Shown here one piece after another: positions 29,525-46,469 of a stretch of 64,000 nucleotides of DNA. Origin of the DNA: an uncultured Alphaproteobacteria bacterium (GTDB lineage Bacteria > Pseudomonadota > Alphaproteobacteria > RF32 > CAG-239). The notes beneath the pieces are model-generated. The model was not told where the DNA came from and searched no databases. It was given only the letters and a program-made list of their open reading frames with translations. Every line of letters starts with the position of its first letter. Position 1 is the first letter of the stretch. The DNA lies in the NCBI GenBank assembly GCA_944392295.1, contig CALXWE010000008.1, forward strand, positions 12,474 to 76,473, read 5' to 3'. A program made the translations under genes and the position numbers.

Positions 29525-29547
29525 AGTTATTTAAGATTAAGCAATTA

Positions 29548-29580
29548 AACAAAGCCGCCTTTTAAAAGGCGGCTTTGTTT
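29548..29580. terminator. bidirectional rho-independent terminator (AAACAAAGCCGCCTTTTAAAAGGCGGCTTTGTTT)
   Basis: Perfect 12 bp stem with A/T runs on both sides, sitting between convergent genes. Confidence 0.7.
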
Positions 29581-29588
29581 GGTTTTGA

Positions 29589-30293
29589 TTATTTTTGTAG
29601 CAAAATCATTAATCTTTTAAATCCGTTTTTACAAATAGTTAAAGAATCTGATGTGTCTAATCTAGGGTAAGCTGAATTTGAATTATGAGTTCCTTTGTAT
29701 ATTGCTGTATTGCCATCGTCGGTAAGAAGGCTGGTACTGCTGATATTATCATAATAAAGTTTGGTAACGTTCATCATCTGTATGCAATAGGCAATATTAG
29801 TCTCATTAGATGCAGTAAGATTTTCGTTGATTGTAAAATACATCCTCCGCCAATCGGTTGTATCCTGTATAACTATTTGATTTTCCAAACTGTCAAAAAG
29901 CCTATCTGTGTAGCCGTCTTTCAACATATATTCCGGCACGCTGTCAAGTGTTATAAGGTATGGTATAATATTGTCCGTGTTACTGTTGCCGTTTTTTGGG
30001 GTTTTTGATTGTAGATATTCAAATGATACTGAGAGTAGATAACTTAATTCTTGAGAGCTTTTATTTAATCGATATTTTAGTATTGCCTTAGAGTAGCCGG
30101 AGAGAGCGCCGACCGATAAAACACCGATTATCGCCAATACTCCAAGCATTTCGACCATGCTTCTTCCGGAAAAAGTCGCATCTACTGGCGATTTTGCTCC
30201 TCGTGTACCTTTTGTTGTACACGTCGTTACAAAATTGCTGCGTATCTGCAGCTTTTTTCGGAAGAATGACCGCCCGAGTTCATTAAATTTCAT
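29589..30293 (-). CDS. type IV pilin-like protein, paralog 2, with the same 36 aa in-frame leader insertion
   Basis: N-terminal 70 aa nearly identical to paralog 1. Divergent C-terminal domain. Confidence 0.6.
   Translation of the reverse strand: MKFNELGRSFFRKKLQIRSNFVTTCTTKGTRGAKSPVDATFSGRSMVEMLGVLAIIGVLSVGALSGYSKAILKYRLNKSSQELSYLLSVSFEYLQSKTPKNGNSNTDNIIPYLITLDSVPEYMLKDGYTDRLFDSLENQIVIQDTTDWRRMYFTINENLTASNETNIAYCIQMMNVTKLYYDNISSTSLLTDDGNTAIYKGTHNSNSAYPRLDTSDSLTICKNGFKRLMILLQK
30159..30266 (-). mobile_element. 108 bp RPE-like palindromic element, second copy, in-frame in pilin paralog 2
   Basis: Sequence essentially identical to the 25326..25433 copy, at the same position of the gene. Confidence 0.6.
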
Positions 30294-30375
30294 CTAAAAT
30301 CTCCAAAGTTTGGGTTGTTAAAGGACTTTAAACGAAATCATAAACTGTTTTTTTTTTGCAACTTTAAAAGGAGCC
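30294..30375 (-). promoter_or_regulatory. conserved pilin-family upstream module (copy 2), poly-T tract of 10 nt
   Basis: ctaaaatctccaaagtttgggttgttaaaggactttaaacgaaatcataaactg-T10-gcaactttaaaagga. Confidence 0.5.
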
Positions 30376-30709
30376 GCGTAGATGATGCCTTTTTAAAAGC
30401 TTGTTTTTTACAAGTTGAAAATTGCTTTAAAACAACAGAATATACTTGCAAATTAAAAGAAAATGGTGTAAAAAAATCGCAAATTAAAAGCCTATTATTT
30501 GGTGAATCTGGTCCGAGTTTGGCTTTATGCCTAGGGGTTCGGCCGATTCGGCCGTATTTTTTTGCGTTTGTGAAAATGCTTAAAAATATGTAAAAAACGT
30601 TTTTTATATTAACCTTCTGTTTGCGGGTTTTGGTATTATCGGTTAGTGCCGTAATAATGCCGATAGAATGGCTGCAGAATTATAGCTTAAAGAAAAGGAT
30701 AAAAGTGCA

Positions 30710-39096
<8,387 letters not shown>

Positions 39097-39113
39097 GCTA
39101 AAGCCAAATAACA

Positions 39114-39146
39114 AAAAACCGTGCTTTTTTAAGCACGGTTTTTTGT
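39114..39146 (+). terminator. rho-independent terminator of rpoBC (AAAAAACCGTGCTTTTTTAAGCACGGTTTTTTG)
   Basis: Perfect 9 bp stem followed by a T-run, 18 bp after the rpoC stop. Confidence 0.8.
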
Positions 39147-39189
39147 ATCCCCAAAGCCCTACATTTTAGGGGTTGTTTGAGATAGACAG

Positions 39190-39822
39190 TCAAGGTATTA
39201 AATTGAAATATAACACGCAAGCTTTTTCGGAATAACAAGTATTGCAGATTTGATCAATATCGCTAATCGACATATTTTTTAGGCAATTAACTTTTGAAGT
39301 ACAGTAATTATTACCGTAAAGTATGCCAGTTTTGTTTCCAAAGCCATCGGTTAGATGGACATAATATACATCATTAACAAACTGTCGGGCAATGTTTAAG
39401 ATATTGATGCAAACTTGTTTATTTTCATTATCTATGGTCATATTGCTTCCTGATCCAGAATCGTCTTTTTTTAAGTATGTTGTAAAATGATAATATATAC
39501 CATCATATAATATATCTATAACATTGTTAAAATTATCGTAAATCTTGCTTCCCTTATACGTCATACCGTCTGGAACAAGGTTTAGTTGGTAAAAAATTTT
39601 ATCTAATATATGAGTTTCTTCAGCATAGTTATAATTATGCAAATATTCTCGAAATCGGACACCGTTTGCTATAAGAGTGCTAAAAGCTTCAGCGTGTTTA
39701 TTGAGTTTATATTTAAGCATTGCTTTGGAATAACCCGAGATAGCCCCAACCGATAAAACGCCGATTATTGCCAGCACGCCGAGCATTTCGACCATTGACC
39801 GTCCAAGTTCATAAAATTTCAT
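39190..39822 (-). CDS. type IV pilin-like protein, paralog 3 (short leader, no insertion)
   Basis: MKFYELGRSMVEMLGVLAIIGVLSVGAISGYSKAMLKYKLNK followed by a divergent Cys-rich C-terminus. Confidence 0.6.
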   Translation of the reverse strand: MKFYELGRSMVEMLGVLAIIGVLSVGAISGYSKAMLKYKLNKHAEAFSTLIANGVRFREYLHNYNYAEETHILDKIFYQLNLVPDGMTYKGSKIYDNFNNVIDILYDGIYYHFTTYLKKDDSGSGSNMTIDNENKQVCINILNIARQFVNDVYYVHLTDGFGNKTGILYGNNYCTSKVNCLKNMSISDIDQICNTCYSEKACVLYFNLIP

Positions 39823-39905
39823 CTAAAATCTCCAAAGTTTGGGTTGTTAAAAGACTTTAAACGAAATCATAAACCGTTTTTTTTTTTTGCAACTTTAAAA
39901 GGAAA
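39823..39905 (-). promoter_or_regulatory. conserved pilin-family upstream module (copy 3), poly-T tract of 12 nt
   Basis: Same 80 bp module as the other copies. Confidence 0.5.
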
Positions 39906-39918
39906 AGCCGTGTAAAAC

Positions 39919-40545
39919 TTACCCTGCGCGAACAAAGCCCCAAGAAAATCCAATGCGGCAGTATCCCGATTGTTGACAAGTACGGCAATATTCTTGCATA
40001 TCAGTCAGCTTCAAATCTTTAAGACAATCTCGATTATCGGTACAATATTCATCACCATCGGTTGCCAAAATTGTTCCACCGTCCAATAAAAAGGAGAAAT
40101 GCCATAAAGAGGCGCTGCGCTGTTGCATTAATTTTGCAATATTAAAGCATACATCAATATCTCGTTTAGAAACAACTATGTTCATACTAAAATATGTACC
40201 AACTTGCTCTTTTACGTATTCGACTTTTGTTTGATTGCCGAGGGCATCGTAGATAGAAACGTCATTGTCGGTTCGAATCATTTCATCGGGGATGATGTTC
40301 ATTTTTTTTATCAATGACATAAATTTTCCTGGATCGGTAGATATATTGCCACGGTCACGGCTAAATTCATCGGCGTGAATTAGTAAATTATCCATAATAA
40401 AAGTGATTTGGTCTGCTTGTTTATTAAGTTTATATTTTAACATCGCCTTAGAATATCCGGCAATAGCGCCCACCGATAAAACGCCGATTATCGCTAAGAC
40501 ACCTAACATCTCGACCATAGAACGACCAAGTTCATTACATTTCAT
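39919..40545 (-). CDS. type IV pilin-like protein, paralog 4 (short leader)
   Basis: MKCNELGRSMVEMLGVLAIIGVLSVGAIAGYSKAMLKYKLNK followed by a divergent Cys-rich C-terminus with CxxC. Confidence 0.6.
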   Translation of the reverse strand: MKCNELGRSMVEMLGVLAIIGVLSVGAIAGYSKAMLKYKLNKQADQITFIMDNLLIHADEFSRDRGNISTDPGKFMSLIKKMNIIPDEMIRTDNDVSIYDALGNQTKVEYVKEQVGTYFSMNIVVSKRDIDVCFNIAKLMQQRSASLWHFSFLLDGGTILATDGDEYCTDNRDCLKDLKLTDMQEYCRTCQQSGYCRIGFSWGFVRAG

Positions 40546-40625
40546 CTAAAATCTCCAAAGTTTGGGTTGTTAAAGGGCTTTAAACGAAATCATAAACCGT
40601 TTTTTTTTTTGCAACTTTAAAAGGA
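40546..40625 (-). promoter_or_regulatory. conserved pilin-family upstream module (copy 4), poly-T tract of 11 nt
   Basis: Same module. Confidence 0.5.
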
Positions 40626-40667
40626 AAGCCGCCCCAAGGCAGCTTGTTTTTTATTATAAGTATTTTT

Positions 40668-41984
40668 TTATTGTAAGTATCTAAGGTAAAGGTAAATGCC
40701 GGAGATTAATATACTAACGACCATAACCGGCACGGACCAAATTAAAAACTTGGCAAAGCTTATGGGGTGTCCTTCACGTTGGGCAAGCCCTGCCACAATA
40801 ACGTTGGCCGAAGCTCCGATTAGTGTTCCGTTTCCGCCAAAGCATGCTCCCAAAGATAATGCCCACCATACCGGCATCATGGCTTCTCTGCCGCCCATTG
40901 AAACTTCCATTGATTGCAGCATGGGTATCATGGTAGCCACAAACGGAATATTATCAATGGCAGAAGATAATACCGCCGAAGAACCTAAAATTAGAAATAC
41001 CGTTTTTTCAATATTACCTTCGGTTAATTGTACAAACCATTGTCCGAGTGATTGTAAAATGCCGGTAACTTCCAAGCCTGATACTAAAATAAACAGTCCG
41101 CAGAAAAAGAAAATGGTTGTCCAGTCTACCAAATTAAAAATATTTTCGGTTTTTTCGTCGCGCTCATCATGTTTTTCGCCCCAGGTATAGAGCAATAACA
41201 GTATTGCCGCCCCGAATAAGGCTATTACACCGTTGGCTATGTGAGTGTGCTCGGATGATATAAAGCCTAGTATAACTGCTATTAATACAATCAAAGATTT
41301 ATAAAGTAATTTTTTATCGGTGATGCTGTCTTTTTCATTTATACTCATCACCATGGCTCGATTTCTTTCCGATGTGTTTAGACCGTTTTTCCAAATCAAA
41401 ACAAACATAAGCGTCAAAACAAGCATTACAATCAAGACCAGCGGAGCCAAATTAACAATAAAATCGGTAAAAGAGAGCCCCAAAGACGAACCGATTAAAA
41501 TATTTGGCGGATCGCCGATAAGAGTAGCCGTACCGCCGATATTAGAGGCAAATATTTCTAATATAAGGTAAGGGAAGGGGTTAATTTCCAACTTTCGAGT
41601 AATCTGAAACGTAACCGGCACAATTAACAAAACCGTGGTAACGTTATCTAAAAATGCCGAAAAGAAAGCCGTTACCATAGCTAATACAGCCAAAATACCC
41701 AAAGGGTGGGCTTTAACTTTTTTAGCTCCCCAAATAGCCACAAACTGAAACAAACCTGATTTTTCGGTAATATTAACAATAATCATCATTCCGATGAGTA
41801 AAGATATGGTATTAAAATCGATACCGGCAAAGGCTTGAGCCTGAGTTAATACGCCGCAAAAAATCATTACGGTTGCGGCAAACAGTGCTACAACGGCGCG
41901 ATTAATTTTTTCGGTAAATAATACCGCATAACAAAGCACAACAATTGAAGTTGCAATCCATTTTAAGTCTATACCGAACATCAA
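40668..41984 (-). CDS. ArsB/NhaD-superfamily ion transporter permease (anion or Na+/H+ antiporter type), tandem copy A
   Basis: About 12 TM helices. Conserved DNVTTVLLIVPVT and GDPPNILIGS blocks typical of the CitMHS/ArsB/NhaD fold. Confidence 0.6.
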   Translation of the reverse strand: MMFGIDLKWIATSIVVLCYAVLFTEKINRAVVALFAATVMIFCGVLTQAQAFAGIDFNTISLLIGMMIIVNITEKSGLFQFVAIWGAKKVKAHPLGILAVLAMVTAFFSAFLDNVTTVLLIVPVTFQITRKLEINPFPYLILEIFASNIGGTATLIGDPPNILIGSSLGLSFTDFIVNLAPLVLIVMLVLTLMFVLIWKNGLNTSERNRAMVMSINEKDSITDKKLLYKSLIVLIAVILGFISSEHTHIANGVIALFGAAILLLLYTWGEKHDERDEKTENIFNLVDWTTIFFFCGLFILVSGLEVTGILQSLGQWFVQLTEGNIEKTVFLILGSSAVLSSAIDNIPFVATMIPMLQSMEVSMGGREAMMPVWWALSLGACFGGNGTLIGASANVIVAGLAQREGHPISFAKFLIWSVPVMVVSILISGIYLYLRYLQ

Positions 41985-41991
41985 AAAATCC

Positions 41992-43344
41992 TTACTTTAC
42001 AAAATACATTACATATAAGCATAAGTTTGAAACCATAATTGTTAAAAGCATAACCGGCACGGACCAAATTAAAAAACGCATAAAACTTATGGGGCGTCCT
42101 TCACGTTGAGCAAGTCCTGCCACAATAACGTTGGCCGAAGCGGCAATCAATGAACCATTGCCGCCGAAACAAGCTCCCAAAGATAACGCCCACCATACCG
42201 GCATCATGGCTTCTCTTCCACCCATTGAAACTTCCATCGATTTTATAACAGGTATCATGGTTGCCACAAACGGGATATTATCAATGGCGGCTGAAACAAA
42301 AGCCGAAATCCACAACACAAGAAAAGTGGCTTTTTTAATACTGCCTTGCGTAAGTTCGGTGAGTTTTTCGCCGAGCAAAGATAAAACCCCGACTTGCTCT
42401 AACCCGTACACAATAGAAAACAGTCCGCAAAAGAAGAAAATGGTTGTCCAGTCTACCATAGAAAATATTTCTTCAACTTTACGGTCGCGGTCTTGGTGTC
42501 CATCACCAATCGTATAGAGCAACAATAATACCGACGCTCCGCATAAAGCGATGGTTCCGTTTTGCTGGTGCCAATGCTCTGCGGTTAAAAATCCGCATAT
42601 AACAAGAGCAATTACCGATAATGATTTAAATAATAATTTATAGTCGGTAATACAGTCTTTTTCGTTAATTTGCATAATCAGAGCTTTACTTTCATCGGTT
42701 GCCGTAAGCTTTCTGCCGAAGAATAAATCAAATATAAATACGAGTAACAGCATATTAATAAGCACAATCGGAGCTAAATTAACTACAAAGTCGGTAAAAG
42801 AAAGCCCCAAAGCCGAACCGATTAAAATGTTCGGCGGGTCGCCGATAAGGGTAGCCGTACCGCCGATATTAGAGGCAAATATTTCTAAAATAAGATAAGG
42901 GTAGGGGTTAATTTTTAAGCTGCGGGTAATCTGGAACGTAACCGGCACGATTAACAAAACGGTAGTAACATTATCTAAAAACGCCGAAAAAAAGGCAGTA
43001 ACCAGGGCAAGCATAATCAGAATACCTCGAGGCGAGGCTTTGACTAATTTGGCCGACCATACTGCCACAAACTGAAACAGTCCTGATTTTTCGGAAATGC
43101 CGACAATAACCATCATGCCTATAAGCAGAGCAATAGTATTAAAATCAATACCTGATATAGCGGTTTCTTGAGTTAAGATGCCGGTAAAAATCATAACCGA
43201 AGCGCCGATTAAAGCCACAACCGCTCGGTTAAGTTTTTCGGTAAATAAGATAATATAACTGATAATTAAAATCGCCGATGCCAAAATTTGCGGATTCATA
43301 TTACCAAAAATATTTACGGCTTGTTGAATGTCTTTTATATCCAA
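41992..43344 (-). CDS. ArsB/NhaD-superfamily ion transporter permease, tandem copy B
   Basis: Long identical peptide blocks shared with copy A (e.g. EVSMGGREAMMPVWWALSLGACFGGNG), indicating recent tandem duplication. Confidence 0.6.
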   Translation of the reverse strand: MDIKDIQQAVNIFGNMNPQILASAILIISYIILFTEKLNRAVVALIGASVMIFTGILTQETAISGIDFNTIALLIGMMVIVGISEKSGLFQFVAVWSAKLVKASPRGILIMLALVTAFFSAFLDNVTTVLLIVPVTFQITRSLKINPYPYLILEIFASNIGGTATLIGDPPNILIGSALGLSFTDFVVNLAPIVLINMLLLVFIFDLFFGRKLTATDESKALIMQINEKDCITDYKLLFKSLSVIALVICGFLTAEHWHQQNGTIALCGASVLLLLYTIGDGHQDRDRKVEEIFSMVDWTTIFFFCGLFSIVYGLEQVGVLSLLGEKLTELTQGSIKKATFLVLWISAFVSAAIDNIPFVATMIPVIKSMEVSMGGREAMMPVWWALSLGACFGGNGSLIAASANVIVAGLAQREGRPISFMRFLIWSVPVMLLTIMVSNLCLYVMYFVK

Positions 43345-43530
43345 TCTTAATAACTCCCAATCAAAATACTCTGTAAATATAAAAACAGAAAATTAACAAA
43401 CCCATAAAAAATGAACGCATAATATATATTCGCCATAAAAAGTTTTATAAAGAGGTATGTAAAGTTGCAAGAAAATTTAATTATGCTATAATATATAGCA
43501 TAATATATAAACAACTTAAGGAGAACTGAT

Positions 43531-43794
43531 ATGAAAAAGATATTTTGCTTATTGGTAATATTAGTTTCCGGCATAACGTTTAGTGCGCAGGCCCTAGACC
43601 TTGTAAGTCAGGCTCAAAAGGAGCAGGAAGTTATGAATCGAGTAACATCTGAAGCTGAAGTTAAAAAAGCGCAAGCTAAGGCAGAATTAGAGCAGCGCAA
43701 AGCCGAAGATGCCAAGAAAAAGGCCGAGCTTCGTCGTGAAAGTAAAGAATTTCGGCAAGAAATTTTAAATATGCATGAAAACTTATCAGAGTAA
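43531..43794 (+). CDS. small secreted K/E-rich coiled-coil protein (hypothetical)
   Basis: Signal peptide MKKIFCLLVILVSGITFSAQA followed by a charged helical region. Followed by the hairpin at 43838..43860. Confidence 0.4.
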   Translation: MKKIFCLLVILVSGITFSAQALDLVSQAQKEQEVMNRVTSEAEVKKAQAKAELEQRKAEDAKKKAELRRESKEFRQEILNMHENLSE

Positions 43795-43834
43795 GCCAGT
43801 GGATACTTTGAAAATGAAAAAGAAACCCACCGGC

Positions 43835-44505
43835 TTAGCCGGTGGTTCTTCTTTAACGGGTGTAACCCTAATTGTACCAGCAAACGCCTTAATGGCGTAT
43901 GACGGCCTGACAGAGCGAAGATTACTTGCTACCCGTAAACGGGTCAAAATCCATCGTTAATTGACTTTGTTCCGCGTCTTCTTTAAGTTGATTTCGAATA
44001 TACTCAGTAATTTTTTGAGTATTCTTTCCTGTTGTATCTACATAATATCCACGACACCAAAATTCTCTGTTTCTATATCGGAATTTTGCATTTCCCCACC
44101 GTTCATATATGGCTAAACTACTTTTACCTTTGAGATAGCCCATAACCGAACTTACCGAAAATTTTGGCGGTATCTCTACTAACATATGAATATGATCGGG
44201 ACAAACTTCTGCTTCTATTATGCTTATTCCTTTCCATCGGCATAATTCTCTTAATATTTGACCTATTTCTAGACGACGTCCTCCGTAAAACGCTTTTCTA
44301 CGATATTTAGGGGCGAAGACAACATGATATTTACAATTCCATGTTGTATGTGCTATTGTATGTGTGTTCATAAAAAAACTCCTTTGCTTTTGTTAGACTT
44401 TTGCCAGACCGTCTAACCTTACTTTAGCAAAGGAGTTTTTTTTGTGTAAAGCTGTAAGCTCTTTGGAACTACCGGCCTAGCCGGTAGTTTTCTTGTTACA
44501 AAAAC
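43835..44505 (-). mobile_element. IS200/IS605-family insertion sequence (about 670 bp) bounded by related subterminal hairpins
   Basis: Hairpins ACCCACCGGCTTAGCCGGTGGTT (43838..43860) and AACTACCGGCCTAGCCGGTAGTT (44478..44500) flank a complete Y1 transposase gene. Confidence 0.65.
43922..44371 (-). CDS. tnpA: IS200/IS605-family Y1 (HuH) transposase TnpA
   Basis: 149 aa. HIHMLVEIPP HuH motif and a catalytic Tyr region (RGYYVDT) characteristic of IS200 TnpA. Confidence 0.85.
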   Translation of the reverse strand: MNTHTIAHTTWNCKYHVVFAPKYRRKAFYGGRRLEIGQILRELCRWKGISIIEAEVCPDHIHMLVEIPPKFSVSSVMGYLKGKSSLAIYERWGNAKFRYRNREFWCRGYYVDTTGKNTQKITEYIRNQLKEDAEQSQLTMDFDPFTGSK

Positions 44506-44547
44506 CCTTCTTTTCCGGCGGTTAGCCAAGAAAAGAAGGGTTAAATT

Positions 44548-45198
44548 TTAGAGTTCTCCGTCAGGCACCTGCCATGCCACATAAGTCGGGATTGCTCCGG
44601 ACTTTGCAATCATGGCATTGATGTTTTCTTCCGTAACCTCAAGTCCTGCGGAATTGAGGTCATACTCGGTAACACCACCGTTGATAACCAGACAGGAATC
44701 AATTCCCGCCCGATTAGCTCCCATAATGTCAGTCCTTAAGGTATCGCCTACCATAAGGGCTCTTGACTTTGGAGCCAGATTATCAAGGAGTACCCGATAG
44801 TAAATCTCCGGGTCCGGCTTACCGTAGATAATGGTTTTGCCGCCCATCTGCTGATAAGTTTCAGCAATGAGACCCTGACGAACCACGAACTTGCCTCCTT
44901 CATTAGCCCGCAAATCCGGGTTTGCACAAACGAGAGTGAGCCCGCGGTTGTAGATTGCCTTCAGCTCCGGCAGAAAATCATCAATTTCCAGACGGTCTTC
45001 GTAATTTATCTGCGGAATACCACAGTAGACGAAGTCCGCATGGTCGAGATTTTCCGTAACGGTAAAATCTGAACCCTTAAACATATCCGGAAGTTTATCA
45101 TCCGGGCGTTTAAAGTTCGCTGTACCGAAAACGTACATCCTTGTGCCGGCAATCGGGAAGTTACCGCGAAGTATGTGCTCCATGGTTTTTTTGTACAA
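44548..45198 (-). pseudogene. GC-rich fragment of a HAD-superfamily class IIA hydrolase lacking the N-terminal DxDG catalytic motif
   Basis: Conserved motif III (IIYGKPDP) and motif IV (MVGDTLRTDIMGANRAGIDS) are present, but motifs I and II are absent. Only 25 bp separate it from the upstream gene. GC is clearly above local background. Abuts IS200. Confidence 0.5.
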
Positions 45199-45223
45199 TT
45201 ACTATAAATGTGTGAATTATGAA

Positions 45224-46444
45224 CTACAACTCTTGTTTGTTTTTGCTGCGGATATGAGAGGGGATGCTTTTGGCCTTTTCCTTTATATTGTGCGCTTTTT
45301 CCTTTATATTATGAGCTTTTTCTTTTATTTTATGTGCTTTGTCGGCAATATTGTGTGCTTTATCGGCGATTTTTTGTTTTTTGTCCGATAAATAATTTTT
45401 AAGCCGTTCCAGACGCCGTTGCTCTTTAATTTCATGATAACGCCGTGCCAAATAGGCCTCGTACGAAAATAACACAATTCCCGAGAGTATTAACGGTAAC
45501 AAATAATAGATAATTCTGTAAGCAATCAAAGCGCCAAAGAGCATAGCCTGATTTTCGGCTCCGGGTATGATGTTGGCAAATACTACCTCAAATACTCCAA
45601 GACCTCCCGGAACTTGGCTGTAAACTCCTAAAATTTGCGCAATGATAAAAGCCCCGATAAAAATATGAAACGGCAAATCTATGAAATGAATAAGGGTAAA
45701 GTACAAAACTAGCGATGCCATTAAAATATCAATACTGCCGATAATTATCTGTGCAATCGACATTTTAAATGTCGGAATGGCAAACTTTAACCCTTTAATA
45801 TCAATCGGTTTTTTATAAAACAGGCTGGCTCCTAAATAAATAATTAAACCGATTAAAGATACAAACGCGATTATTACGGTAGTAAGCTTTGATAAAGCTC
45901 CTTCGCCGAAAGCATGGTCAGGGGTTATAACATAACCGATAATTATTAAAAAGAAGCATGCAACCAAATAAGTAAATCCGGAAAACGTTACCATCCGTAC
46001 TATTTCATCGCCATGAATCCGCCAACGGGTATATAAACGGTAGCGAATAGCTCCGCCCGAAACAATGGCGTGTCCGGCGTTATTGCTTACCGCGAAGCCG
46101 ATAAATCCGGCAAACACCCAATGCCAAAAGGGCTGTTTATGTTTAATATATTTTAAGGCTAAAAAGTCATACGAAGACAAAGCTACATAACCGATAAAAG
46201 AGGCAAGACAAGCCAATAGCAAATTTTTGTTCGGAATACTTAAGAGGGCATTTTCTATATCTTCCAAATGGTATTTGGAAAGTTGTTTATAGATCATAAA
46301 TGCAGCCAGAGCAAAAAAGAATAATCCGGCCCACGAAATGATTTTTTTAATTAACCGTTTGGTTTTATACCCCATACCGCCTTTTTGAGTTGAGGGTTGT
46401 TTTTGTTTGTTTTTAAGCAATTTATTCTCCGATTTTTTAAGCAT
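45224..46444 (-). CDS. UPF0104 / lysylphosphatidylglycerol-synthase-TM-like (flippase-like) membrane protein with a heptad-repeat C-terminal tail
   Basis: Eight TM helices with the conserved GG..RYRL segment. C-terminal DKAHNIA/EKAHNIK x5 repeats. Confidence 0.55.
   Translation of the reverse strand: MLKKSENKLLKNKQKQPSTQKGGMGYKTKRLIKKIISWAGLFFFALAAFMIYKQLSKYHLEDIENALLSIPNKNLLLACLASFIGYVALSSYDFLALKYIKHKQPFWHWVFAGFIGFAVSNNAGHAIVSGGAIRYRLYTRWRIHGDEIVRMVTFSGFTYLVACFFLIIIGYVITPDHAFGEGALSKLTTVIIAFVSLIGLIIYLGASLFYKKPIDIKGLKFAIPTFKMSIAQIIIGSIDILMASLVLYFTLIHFIDLPFHIFIGAFIIAQILGVYSQVPGGLGVFEVVFANIIPGAENQAMLFGALIAYRIIYYLLPLILSGIVLFSYEAYLARRYHEIKEQRRLERLKNYLSDKKQKIADKAHNIADKAHKIKEKAHNIKEKAHNIKEKAKSIPSHIRSKNKQEL
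45265..45375. repeat. about five imperfect tandem 21 bp repeats (cctttatattgtgcgctttttc-like) inside the coding tail of the 45224..46444 gene
   Basis: Direct reading of the sequence. The repeats encode (D/E)KAHNI(A/K) heptads. Confidence 0.7.
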
Positions 46445-46469
46445 AACTTTATAACTTTCAAATAATTGC

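Noticed and set aside
30315-30593. 92 aa plus-strand ORF between pilin paralog 2 and rpoB
   Set aside because: No RBS, odd composition (F/K/C rich), and it overlaps the conserved pilin promoter module and a GC-rich hairpin. More likely non-coding (see the small-RNA finding).
40696-42517. Plus-strand ORFs 40696..41190 and 42131..42517 (164 and 128 aa)
   Set aside because: Fully antisense to the two ArsB/NhaD permease genes. They share peptide blocks with each other only because the sense genes are duplicates. Typical shadow ORFs.
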